A program made the position numbers and the translations under genes. A DNA stretch of 63,944 nucleotides, counting the filler, from Intoshia linei (taxonomy: Eukaryota > Animalia > Orthonectida), in assembly GCA_001642005.1 (NCBI GenBank). It is 8 parts of 8 records of this genome, joined end to end, with 100 filler letters (N's around TTAATTAATTAA, not from the genome) between each part and the next. Parts side by side here need not be neighbours in the genome. Positions count along the whole stretch, not along the records: positions 34,084 to 58,854 come from LWCA01000521.1; positions 58,955 to 60,633 come from LWCA01002637.1; positions 60,734 to 62,570 come from LWCA01002485.1; positions 62,671 to 63,944 come from LWCA01002706.1; 4 more parts are not named here. One strand, written 5' to 3'. The first letter of the stretch is position 1; each line of letters begins with the position of its first letter. This document shows positions 52,901-63,944 of the stretch, piece by piece. The notes under the pieces were generated by a model. It was not told where the DNA came from, searched no databases, and saw only the letters and a list, made by a program, of their open reading frames with translations.

Positions 52901-55900
52901 TCTTACTTATATGAAGTCAAAGTTGCTAAATGTGTCTCGGTGTACGTAACCATTTTTTTTGTCAAACATTTGACAATTGAGGTTTTTGATTTATAAGGTG
53001 TGAGTTTGGGAGGTTGAAATTTATCTTATTATCACCCCGGAAAAAACTGTAATTGAAATGCGGAGTTTATAAAATTCTAAGACTGATAGTTATTGAAATA
53101 AAGTGGAACACACACAAACAAATATTGCGTAGCATATTATATAAGTAAGGATACATTATATCATATATTCATTTAATTTATATGTACATTATATTTAATG
53201 ATTATATTATTAATTATTAATACATATTTTGTAATGTAATACAAAATTTAAAATTAATTTATAGTATCGAAAATATCAAATCTCACCCGTTTTTTAATTC
53301 AATAGATTGGAGTCATGTATGTTAAATATATTCAATTAACAATTTTTCATAGGTTTTATATTTAAAATACCCACCACCTTTAATTCCTCCAAGAGGAGAA
53401 GTTAATGCAGCAAATGCCTTTGATATTGGAAATTTTGATTCCGATCATTTCAAAAAAGTGAAAGTAATATTTGTCATTTTATTATCACATTAAGTATGAT
53501 CAAATGATGAATGATAACTATCATTGATCAGTAAAATGTGTGATCCACTGTATTTTATCATGTATTCATTTCCCTTACCGTTTAATCAAAATTATGCTCA
53601 CATGGAATGTTTTATATGTATGTTCAAATTTCAGAGTTTCGGGTCTGAGTTACTTTTTCAATTTAAAATATTGCGTTATCCTTGTTGTGAACCACTGTTT
53701 ATAATGAATATTTTCATAGTGATTAAGCAGTGTTTGGTTTCTCAAATGTTAAAACTAAATTTATAACTTAAAAAAAACTACATTGTATTTGGATTACATG
53801 GCATGTAATAATCCTACTAAGAATATGACTCATAATTTATAAATGTATTTACAATTAAAATTAAAGAAGACATATATTATTTATTATTTAACAGTTAAAA
53901 TTGTGAGTCCTTTTTAATTGATACATTTTAGTTAAATGAAAAAGACGACGAATTTTATAAAGATTTTAATGTAATTATTTCCGAACGATGGCAATCAGAT
54001 ATAACACAAGAAATATTTGATCTAATAAACTCTGATGCCGATAAAGCACTTCAGAAAAAAAGACAAAAATTAAAAAAATGTAATGTTTATTAATTTTCAT
54101 TTTTTTGTGTTTTATAGTATCATACATCAGGGTGGTCCAAACACATGGCGAGTGAAGGCCTAAAAATAAAACTTATAAAATTCGGGCCGCAACATTAAAA
54201 AATATAGTCAAAAGGAAACTAAGTCGAAAAAGTCAAAATTTCACAGGTTAATAATCAGCAAATTACTAAAAGTATTATATGAATAATATACGAATTAAAA
54301 ATATTACAATAAATAAAGTATTTATAAAGTCAAAATACATGTAGTCCAAAAAGTTGGAATTATTTGGTAAAGTATTAAAAGTAAGAAGTTGAGAATAATT
54401 AGTACAGAAAAACAGAATTATTACAGTAAACAATTTCGCGGGCCGCACAATTTGATCTTGCTCTTTGAACCACCCTGTCATACATATTTAAATAAAATAT
54501 TTTTTAAATATTATATAAATTTACAAAATTAAAATAGTATCCCTGAGCTATTTATGATATGAAATATTATTTAACGTACTATGTCATTTTTACTGGGCCC
54601 GGGATAATAATTTGATACATGCGAATTTGTATGTTTATATCTTTGGTACTCTAAATTAAATTCAAAAATTTAGATGGATCTGATATTGAATGCTCACATG
54701 CTATTTTGGAAGGAGACTTATTGAAACTCAGTGGTCCATTCCAAAGTTGGCAAAAAAAATATTTAAAATTATACACCAACCGAATGGAATTTTATACTAA
54801 AAATAAAGATGGAATGTTAATAAATAAATCATTGGAGGTAATATTATACAATCTAGCTTTTTAATATTAATGATAGTTTATTCCAATGATTGATGTAAAG
54901 GAAGTCATTAAAGATTTCAAAAAAATTAACAAAAATGACAAATGTATAGTAATCGTTTTAAAAGATGAAACCAAAATTGCAATTACCTCCACCGTAAAAT
55001 TATTTATTCATTATACATTAAATGTGTGCGATATGGCTCAAGGGAAATTGAAAAAATCAATGGATAGAAAAAATTTTTGAATCTGTATCATACATTGTAG
55101 AAAATATGAAAGTTTGATTAACTTACAAGTGGTCCATCTTGATTTATTAAGTACTAGCTTGACAGGTATGTCCTGAGTAAAAATAGTAGCTAGATCTGTC
55201 GAAGGCAGACTTTTTAACTTTAAGACGATTTTTTAGTTTCGACGACTAGTCAACACTGAAAAATAGATATATAACCATTTTGAGCAACTTTTTCATTATA
55301 TAGGTTAGGGGTGTGAACAAATTTTTATATCAAAAGGCACCCTTCCACCATATGAACATTTTGAAAATATTCAATTTGCACCCAATCTTACTTCTCAAGT
55401 GTTAAAAAAAACACTGGCCTCTAAAGTTTTAAACAATATATAGCTCACAGTAACTAATATATGACAATTTTCTTAAAAATATTATTTTATAATATAAAAT
55501 TTTTTATACAAATAGCTATAAACATGCGCAAATTATCGTCTAGACTCTAGCGAATCATGAACGCCGAATTAATAAAAAAACCGATTCCAATGAGAAAACT
55601 GAATAAATAAAAAAAATATAAATTGAAAATTAATTGTTATGGAAATAATTATTACTATGAAATTTACTATACAAAATAAATTAATTTTTGCTCATTATTC
55701 ATATTTTGAAGTGCTTTGCTCCAGGGTTTTTTTAATCCTTTTTATATAATTTTTTGATAATTGTGTATCATTCAACCCCATCTTCCACGTATGGGGTGGC
55801 ACTTTTGTATTTTCGCAAAAAACTAAAAAAATTCACACTAATATGGGTCCTATATGATAATATATGTAATGATTATTTACGAATTCAGCCATTTTCTTTC

Positions 55901-56263
55901 CATTTCATACATCATGAGAGCGATTCTTGACGTGTTATAGAAAGGAACTGCATAACTTTTTATTTTTATACACGTTGAATGTTTGATTATTTGAATTAAT
56001 AAAATGTTTATGACCCACACCAAAATTATTGCCATTACAGATTTTATTTTAATTATAGTGAATTTAGGACAAAATACTAATTTCCCAATGGAGAGATGAA
56101 TTAATTGATGGTTTTCGTTTATCTACCGAAATGATGTTAAAAGTAATTTTATAAAATTTATAGTTCCCACACTACTGTATACCATTCAAACGCAATGTTA
56201 CCTGAAATTTTAATTTTTATTTAGATTGGAAAAAAAGGCAGGAGTCGTTTTGGCTTGCAGTAA
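46938..56263 (+). CDS. GRK2: G protein-coupled receptor kinase 2 (beta-ARK/Gprk1), complete; exons 46938-47127, 47274-47347, 47479-47580, 50343-50429, 50467-50528, 50677-51061, 51101-51175, 51242-51336, 51567-51674, 51728-51788, 52702-52802, 53265-53316, 53353-53463, 53932-54079, 54674-54837, 54877-54993, 56068-56142, 56225-56263
   Basis: [23 protein letters not shown] domain, [59 protein letters not shown]-terminal PH domain. Confidence 0.97.
47990..48256 (-). mobile_element. Helitron-like family A 5'-end fragment (others at about 52975-53151 and 60734-61380)
   Basis: Matches family A blocks (gatgtgagtttgggaggttgaaatt...cacacaaacaaa...agtaagat). Confidence 0.7.
48297..48493. mobile_element. 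hAT MITE
   Basis: Perfect TIR cagtggttttcaacc / ggttgaaaaccactg; 8-bp TSD agttagga. Confidence 0.9.
54128..54477. mobile_element. hAT MITE
   Basis: TIR cagggtggtccaaa / tttgaaccaccctg; 8-bp TSD tcatacat. Confidence 0.88.
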
Positions 56264-56538
56264 AATATAGTATCTGTTCACTTTTTTGTTATTGTAATGT
56301 ATGTTATTAAATTAATTTATATCAAGTTTTCATAATTTTTACAACCCATTTGAGATAATTAAATTTCACAAATTTTCAGGTCAAATGACATAACGGGCGT
56401 ATTGTAAACATCATTTGATTGTCCTTTAAAAAATCAAAAATATATCATATAACCAATTCCAATTCTGCAATTCTGAACTATGGAATACACATTATATCAA
56501 CAATTTTATATACAGATGGAACTGATATTGAGCTAGAT

Positions 56539-57472
56539 TTAATATTTCTTCATTCTTTTCTCTATATTGGACCGACAAAGTGGACAAATTTCAACTCTAT
56601 TCGTGCATATTGAGCAAGTACAAATGTGTCCACACATTAAAAAAATAACATCACACATTTTCTCCATACAAATTACACATTCTTCTTCGGCTTCATAGGT
56701 GGAAATTGGTAAGTTCTAAAGAATATTTTACATCAATTTGAAAATAATACATCATGATTCATGACGTATTTTGATTGTATTGAAAAAATTTGTATTTTTG
56801 TGAGACATCGTTAATAAAAATATATGAGTGATGCGTAACATACCTTCAAATTCAATTGATTTGTTTCTGATAACTTTGGGTTTTCTAGTTCAACATTAAC
56901 ATCTTTTGTGTAATTTTCTTTAACATGATTTATCAAATTATTGGCAACTTTAGAACTAATCCCCATCTATCAAAAAAAAAAAAAAGTACTTTTATTAAAA
57001 ATTCAAATACGTAAAATCACGTGGGATTCACATCAGAACCTACTGTACTCTCGATTATTCTTAGGGTTGGAGGTTTGCGAAATGTTTGTAAAATGGGCCT
57101 GCATTTTTCAAAAATTGATCATTAAAAAAATAATATATTTCAATCATCACTCCATGTATCAAATTTAAATTATCAAGTCCGAAAAAATTTATAGAGGATA
57201 TTTTTCTATTTTTAATTTCTGGCGTCTAGTATGGTAGGTTCAGCTCTGATAAGATTATTTTATTATTAATATAAAGAGATTTTTTGAAAAGATAAAATTT
57301 AATTGTTATACTTGTAAAATTTAAATTGAATAACCTGCACTAAAGTGTCTATAGATGTATTTGCAATTTTGTCTACGTTCAAATAATTTTCTATAAATAT
57401 TTCATAATATTCCGTTGCAGAAGTCATTATCATAATATCAACCATATCTCTGTCTAATGTTTTGGACGTTAA
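56539..57472 (-). CDS. LRSAM1: LRSAM1-like E3 ligase, last three exons (57472-57335, 56966-56844, 56715-56539): SAM + RING
   Basis: LDRDMVDIMIMTSATEYYEIFIENYLNVDKIANTSIDTLVQMGIS (SAM), then C-terminal ECVICMEKMCDVIFLMCGHICTCSIC...CPLCRSNIEKRMKKY*. Missed by the ORF track. Confidence 0.8.
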
Positions 57473-57755
57473 CTATAAATATTCTGATAATAAACATATT
57501 TTTAAATGATATTTGCATTATTACATGTAGTACATTAAATAATGAATACTGAATAAAAATCTTTCATTAAAATTTAATTTAAATCCATTTAATTTAATAA
57601 CGTAGTGGTCATATCATTAATCACTTCTACACTTGTTTTTTTCGTAGAACTTGGAATATTAATTACGTTTACTAGTATTTACTTAAAAATTCATATTGTT
57701 AAAAAATAAATTTATATTTATGAAAATAAAATCTATATTTATGAGAAACATTGTA

Positions 57756-58854
57756 CAGTGTTCAATAGATTATAATAATTGCTTTTTACATATTCTGTGG
57801 TTACTAATTCACTAATGAGTAGATGAAATTAAATAAAATTTTGAAAATAAGTTACACATATATTTATGTTTAATTCGAATTAATTAATATTTTGTAATCC
57901 CTCCTTTAGCATGTATGAGAGCTATAATTCTCCGTGGCATACTATTAATACAGTCTTTTTCCAGTTTTTTCAAAGTAGGAGAATTGTTCCATACTGTATG
58001 TAGGCGAATAATCAGTTCCGATTTTGATCTTATTAAAATTCTATGAACTTCCTCTTTCAATTGTGCTCACACATTTTCGATTGGGTTCATATCTGGGGAA
58101 TTTCCGGGCCATTCAAGAACATTAATCCCTTCATTCTGCAAATATGAAGATACAGATTTGGCTTTGTGACATGAAGCTAAATCATGTTGGAATATATACT
58201 CCTGATCAATGTGCCGTTGTGTCATTTCATCAAAAAAATTGTGTAATACATTTTTATAGGTATGCTGGTTCATTATACCTTCACAAATCTGTAATTCACC
58301 CATTCCCACAAAAGATATAGCCCCCCAAACCATTACTTTTGTTGGAACTTTTACTGTTTGTATGCTGCATTCTTGCCTTGATGATTCGCATGATCTTCTG
58401 CGCACATTTTTACATTGGTTGCCCATCACACAAATCATTGATTCGTCCGAAAAAATAACCTATAAAATTACAAATTAGGTGGTTTTTTATTAATTAGTAC
58501 AAAATTAATGAATATAATATAATACAATTTATTTGAACTTATTAATAAATGACCTCACTCCATTTATGTTCATTCCAATTTCATGACGTTTTGCCCATAA
58601 AAATCTTATTTTTTTCATTCTCTCAGTAAGGGGGAGTTTTCTTGTTTTTCGGTAAGATCTCTAACCTGCCTCCAATAGTCTACGATTAACATTTTGAGTT
58701 TGTAATTTTCTAGAGATTTCAGCGCAGCTAGAACTTCTATTTTTTAGAGCTGTTCCGAGTATAACTCGGTTTATTCTTTGATTCGTGGATTTTTTTGTAT
58801 CATACCTTTTTCTATATAAATTACTACTTTGTTGAGATTTCGACATATTTTTTT
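57756..58854 (-). mobile_element. Tc1-type transposon; inactivated, intron-containing transposase
   Basis: WSE|VIFSDES (intron 58553-58460), VMVWGAI, FQHDLASCH, WPGNSPDMNPIENV* (W changed to stop), KGGITKY*; terminus TA|CAGTG at 57756. Confidence 0.9.
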
Positions 58855-60289
58855 NNNNNNNNNNNNNNNNNNNNNNNNNNNNNNNNNNNNNNNNNNNNTT
58901 AATTAATTAANNNNNNNNNNNNNNNNNNNNNNNNNNNNNNNNNNNNNNNNNNNNGTATTATTTTTAAATTACCTATGTGAAAATGTATGAAAATAAAAGA
59001 ATAAAGTTCTTCAAAATTAAGCAGTGTATATCATAGAATACACAGACGTGTGAAGTGAAATTGCTTTGTATAGTATAGAATACACAGACAGTGAAAGGAT
59101 TAATATAGTTCGGCAAACTTTTTGTTTGTGGGCCATATTTTGAGAAACGCTGGTTTAAATGTTAATTTTTTTGAAATTGGAGGATTAATATTTATATTTT
59201 TAATTTTTATTAAAAATTAGAATATTTGGTCGATAATTATCGATATTATAATATATTAAAAGTAATTTTTGACCGGAAATACGTGGATTTTTGAGGTTGA
59301 AATTATTTATCTAGGTTAACGGAAATAAACTGTATCAAAATAATATTTTTCTAGATTCTAGATTCTAAATATAATTCTAGAAATATTAATTATTTTTTAT
59401 TTCACACATGAAAAAATTTCAAAAAAAAAGAGTAAAAAGTAATTGCGTTTTTGACCGTTAAGGTGAGAGGAAAAGACCTTTGTCAGATTGAAATTTATAG
59501 TTTAAGTGAAATGAAAAACCTATATTAAATTTGTTTTTTTTTTAAATTCNTTCAAAAAAAAAAGAGTAAAAAGTAATTGCGTTTTTGACCGTGAAGGTGA
59601 GAGGAAAAGACCTTTGTCAGATTGAAATTTATAGTTTAAGTGAAATGAAAAACCTATATTAAATTTGTTTTTTTTTTAAATTCTACGACTATTTTCATCT
59701 TTAAAAAAAAGAGTAATTTTGGTTTTTGACCATGAACGCCTCAATTTCTGAGCATAAAATTTGTGATAAAACAATACTCTCGAACAACAGTATTGTACAA
59801 TGTACATTTTGTGTTTTTGAATTTTAGAAATCTGATTTTTTGTGTGATGTATCATATTTACACTAAAAATCTATAAAAACTAATAATATGGCATTTACAT
59901 AATTCGAATTGTCTTACTCTTATTAGATGATTAGCACAAATTATTCAATATTCATTGTACCATTAGATAATTACATTAAAAAATTTGTTAAACCTATAAG
60001 CAATGACAATATCGATCACTAATACTAATTTACATGTATATTAACATATTAATGATATTTACAACAAATATTTTAAAAATTTTTGTTTAAAATAATACTT
60101 TAATGTAAATTTAAGTATTTGATTGAAAGTTTGTACATATAATTTAATCAATATATTAAATTTTTGTTAATAAGATTAACATGTTTCACTTACATTATAC
60201 ATTGTACGTGTAAATTTATTAGTAGAAACATCAACTCTTAAATAAATACATTTCATAATTATTCATTTTTTTATCATTTCATTCTTATA

Positions 60290-60443
60290 ATGATTAAAAT
60301 ATTTGGATTTGTATTTCTTTATCTTTATGTTGTGGAATGCCAAATAAAGAAAGAAGACGACAAAGATGCTTATCAGGTTATTTTTTAAATTTTAATCACT
60401 TATGTATAGCTTCGTGTGTTATGTTGTTCACCATCCATTTCCA
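60290..60443 (+). CDS. Possible 5' exons of a secreted protein (60290-60376, 60410-60443)
   Basis: MIKIFGFVFLYLYVVEC-QIKKEDDKDAYQ resembles a signal peptide, followed by a 33-nt GT-AG intron; contig ends shortly after. Confidence 0.35.
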
Positions 60444-63325
60444 GTAATAATAAAAAATGAAAATATTGAAATATTTTTACTTTAGTTGTTTAACTTTATT
60501 TTATTATATTATTTATGAACTTGTAGGTTTATTTTTAAATTTGAAACAATATAGTTAAAAGTCTAGCGTCTAGTTTTTTAATAGAATATTTATTTGTTTA
60601 CATAATGGTTTTTAAATTTCTAAAAACGATTTANNNNNNNNNNNNNNNNNNNNNNNNNNNNNNNNNNNNNNNNNNNNTTAATTAATTAANNNNNNNNNNN
60701 NNNNNNNNNNNNNNNNNNNNNNNNNNNNNNNNNTATCAATAATTAACGGAATTAGCACTTTATAAACATATTTCAGGTGAATTTTACTAATATTGCAAAT
60801 GATTGTAATAAATATAAAAATAATAATAAAGTTTTATTACTTTTAGTAACCGTTGTTGTAGTTTTAATTTAAATTTTAAACAAAATGTTTTGAAAATGAG
60901 AATTAAAAATTGCGAAGGAATGAATTATATAGATTTTCACCCATATTTCTTTATTGGAAATGAGTAGACGTTCAATGCACATTTCTTTTGAAATTTGTTG
61001 GATCAATATTTACATTTTAAATTTTTATTTTAATTGAAATATTTGAAAAATATTGGTGATAATATAGTAAAAATTATTTTTAACATGGAATGCGTAGATT
61101 TTTGGGGTTAAAATTTTTTATTTATATTAACTGGAATAAGCTCTATCAGAATAATCTCTTTTTTTTTTTAATTTTCGAACCGTTAATTATTTCACATTTT
61201 TTGTTTTAATAAAAAAAATATTTCGGAAAAAAATATGACCTTTAATTATTTCACATTTTTTGTTTTAATAAAATATTTCGGAAAAAAAATATATGAAAAT
61301 TAAATGCTTTTTTTGACCGTGAAGTCGTCACTTATCGAATTAAAATTTTTTGTGTGTGTTAACAGGATACAACTGTACCTACCTCAACAAGAAATTCGCA
61401 AATTTCTACTTTTTGAATCACCCTAATAGTCACCTATTTATACTCAATAATTAAAATTTTGATAAGCAAAATACAGTTTATATTAACAGTATTGTAAGTA
61501 TTTAAGTATGATTCGGAATCATTCTTTGATAACCATTTTGATTAAATCTTAATATGTATGAATCATTATTATTAGCTATTAAAGCAGGGTTCTTCATACT
61601 AGTGCGCTCGCGCACTTGGCCCACGACACGATAAAATGGTACCATACAGCACAATTTCGGTGGCCTCGCCCAGATACAATATATTTAAATATTTACCATT
61701 AGTAAGTACAACTCCAGCGGTAAAGGTTAATTCATCGCAATTGTCAGCTACACAGTCATAAAGAGTTAATGCATTTATATTTCTACATTATTTAATTAAT
61801 TAATGCTGAAATTGTAAATTTAACAACAAATTACATATATTGTACTTACTTTTTAATATTATGTTTCATATTATTGTCACATTTTGAATTTCTATATAAT
61901 AGCATTTATAGTACCGAAGTTTCAGTGTTCGGCTAATGTAGATAATTCTTTATATACATATATAATACACATGTATAATATCTTCATTGACAAAACCTCA
62001 CATTTACCAAACTTTAATTGAAATTCTAATCTATTATATTCCAGTGGCGTAGCGTGACTTTTCTCACTTTCTTCCTTGGTAACGTAAAATTTTTAAATAA
62101 AGTTAAAATAAATACAGAAATATAAAGAAATGTTCATAAGGGGTCGCGAATACAGAAAATTTGAAAACTACTTCTATAAAGTATGCTTGAAAGATAACTT
62201 GAGATGATATTTGATATGAATTTAATTTCTTTCATTCTTGTAAATAAAATTTTTGACCAATTAGAAATAGAATACTATATTTAAATTAAAGTCTAAATCT
62301 ATATCTAAGTGTAAGTGGTTCATTTTATTTTCAACACATCTTGAGTAAAATTTGACAATGTAAATCTCTATAGAAAATATTTCCATATTATAAATGTTAG
62401 CAAATGATGTATCATTAGATACTATGAAATTGTGTTAGCTAAAATTTCAAATTTCAAATTTCAAGACACCTTGAGTATAATATTAAAATTTAAATCTCTA
62501 TAGAAAATAATAAAATAATTTTTACGATGTACAAATTTATTCTAATTGAAATTTATTATGAGTTTAAAATNNNNNNNNNNNNNNNNNNNNNNNNNNNNNN
62601 NNNNNNNNNNNNNNTTAATTAATTAANNNNNNNNNNNNNNNNNNNNNNNNNNNNNNNNNNNNNNNNNNNNTCTAAATTTAATTTTTTTATATTATATGGA
62701 CAAGTTTTCTCAATAAAATTAATTTTTCAACCCAAAGAGGGTTCTCGGTACGTTAAGTTCGTCTCTGCGAATACGTGTTCAATAAATAAATTTTTACTAA
62801 TTTAATATCCATTGGAATCAATCTGTAATCCTACCAACCTTGTATTTTGTCAAATTTGAAAAGACTTTTGTAGATTTTCACACAAAAACAAAAAAAAATG
62901 AATTTTAGTAGAGAACATTAATTTATTTGATTCAAAAAGTTAATTTTTAAATTTATAAGGTCAGAGTGCTCGACACATTAGAACCGTGATTTTTAAGAAG
63001 TGCGCTATGAGTAGAATGAGTAGTATTATTGAGCAAAAAAATTTGAGTTTATTTTATAAATTANCGTGATTTTTAAGAAGTGCGCTATGAGTAGAATGAG
63101 TAGTATTATTGAGCAAAAAAATTTGAGTTTATTTTATAAATTAGTAAAATTATTAATTAATAAAAATTTTGAAATGGATAATTCAGTGATTCCTTATCTA
63201 GGTTGCTGGAAAAGTTTCAGAAATTTTAAAAATTATTGCTTTAAAAATTTTCATTTAATTATTAAATTAATACTCCATTTAAAATTTTAAATCAAGTAAC
63301 AAATTAAGTAAAATTAGTAAATTGC

Positions 63326-63526
63326 CTTTTTCAATAATTCTGGTGCAATTATGTTGTTTACGTTGCTTACAGCATTTGAAACACCTAAATACATGTTAAC
63401 ACATACATGTAAAAAAAATATGAATTTAATTACCTTTTCCATGATATTCTTTTCCTTTATCTCTCAACTCTAAAGCTTCATATATTCCTGTGGATGCACC
63501 ACTAGGTACCGCAGATCGAAATAACC
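63326..63526 (-). CDS. eno: Enolase, two internal exons (63526-63434, 63384-63326)
   Basis: [32 protein letters not shown]|[19 protein letters not shown] is the enolase signature. Confidence 0.93.
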
Positions 63527-63944
63527 CTAAAAATGATAAATGAGTCAATAGAACGTAATTCTTCAAAATGAAATTGCTTCAAGCGACTAATGATTTAATG
63601 AATGAAAATAAGTATTTATCTTAAACCTCTAATATAAAGTGCCCAGAANNNNNNNNNNNNNNNNNNNGCACCGCTAGGTACCGCAGATCGAAATAACCCT
63701 AAAAATGATAAATGAGTCAATATAACGTAATTCTTCAAAATGAAATTGCTTCAAGCGACTAATAATTTAATGAATAAAAATAAGTATTTATCTTAAACCT
63801 CTAATATAAAGTGCCCAGAAAAAATACGTACTATCAATTTTAGTTTATTTGGTATTAAATGTAAAGCCAAAGCTACTTATCCATGATGAAGAATAAAAAT
63901 TTTCGGCTTAAATTTTATTCCAAATAAACTAAAAGTGATAGTAC

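Noticed and set aside
116-63290. Most short F/I/L/K-rich ORFs in the track (e.g. 116, 4729, 10876, 17113, 26337, 34959, 37136, 45081, 50032, 53524, 63066)
   Set aside because: Low-complexity translations of AT-rich introns or repeats with no splice-consistent or family evidence.

Overview
Very AT-rich eukaryotic (metazoan) genomic DNA with many short GT-AG introns (32-60 nt). The anion-type nAChR clade, tiny introns and AT-richness suggest a compact-genome lophotrochozoan parasite such as the orthonectid Intoshia; this is inference only. The window is eight contigs joined by artificial 100-nt N44-TTAATTAATTAA-N44 linkers, and several genes break at them. Spliced genes recognised: 3' end of a KSR-like pseudokinase, prolyl 4-hydroxylase alpha (5' part), SLC6 transporter fragments, a nicotinic ACh receptor alpha subunit, a CARD-only protein, IscA1, a complete GRK2, the 3' end of LRSAM1, two enolase exons and a few hypothetical genes. 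Mobile DNA includes an abundant non-autonomous Helitron family, hAT MITEs, Tc1, piggyBac and Chapaev-like remnants, and a TRIM-like mini-LTR element. Main discovery: the apparently ORF-free region 14.1-24.3 kb holds about 50 AG|NNN|GT units on the + strand, i.e. 3-nt micro-exons. Joined in order they give one open reading frame in phase 1, downstream of two ordinary exons that encode a probable signal peptide. This looks like a gene built almost entirely of single-codon-length exons.
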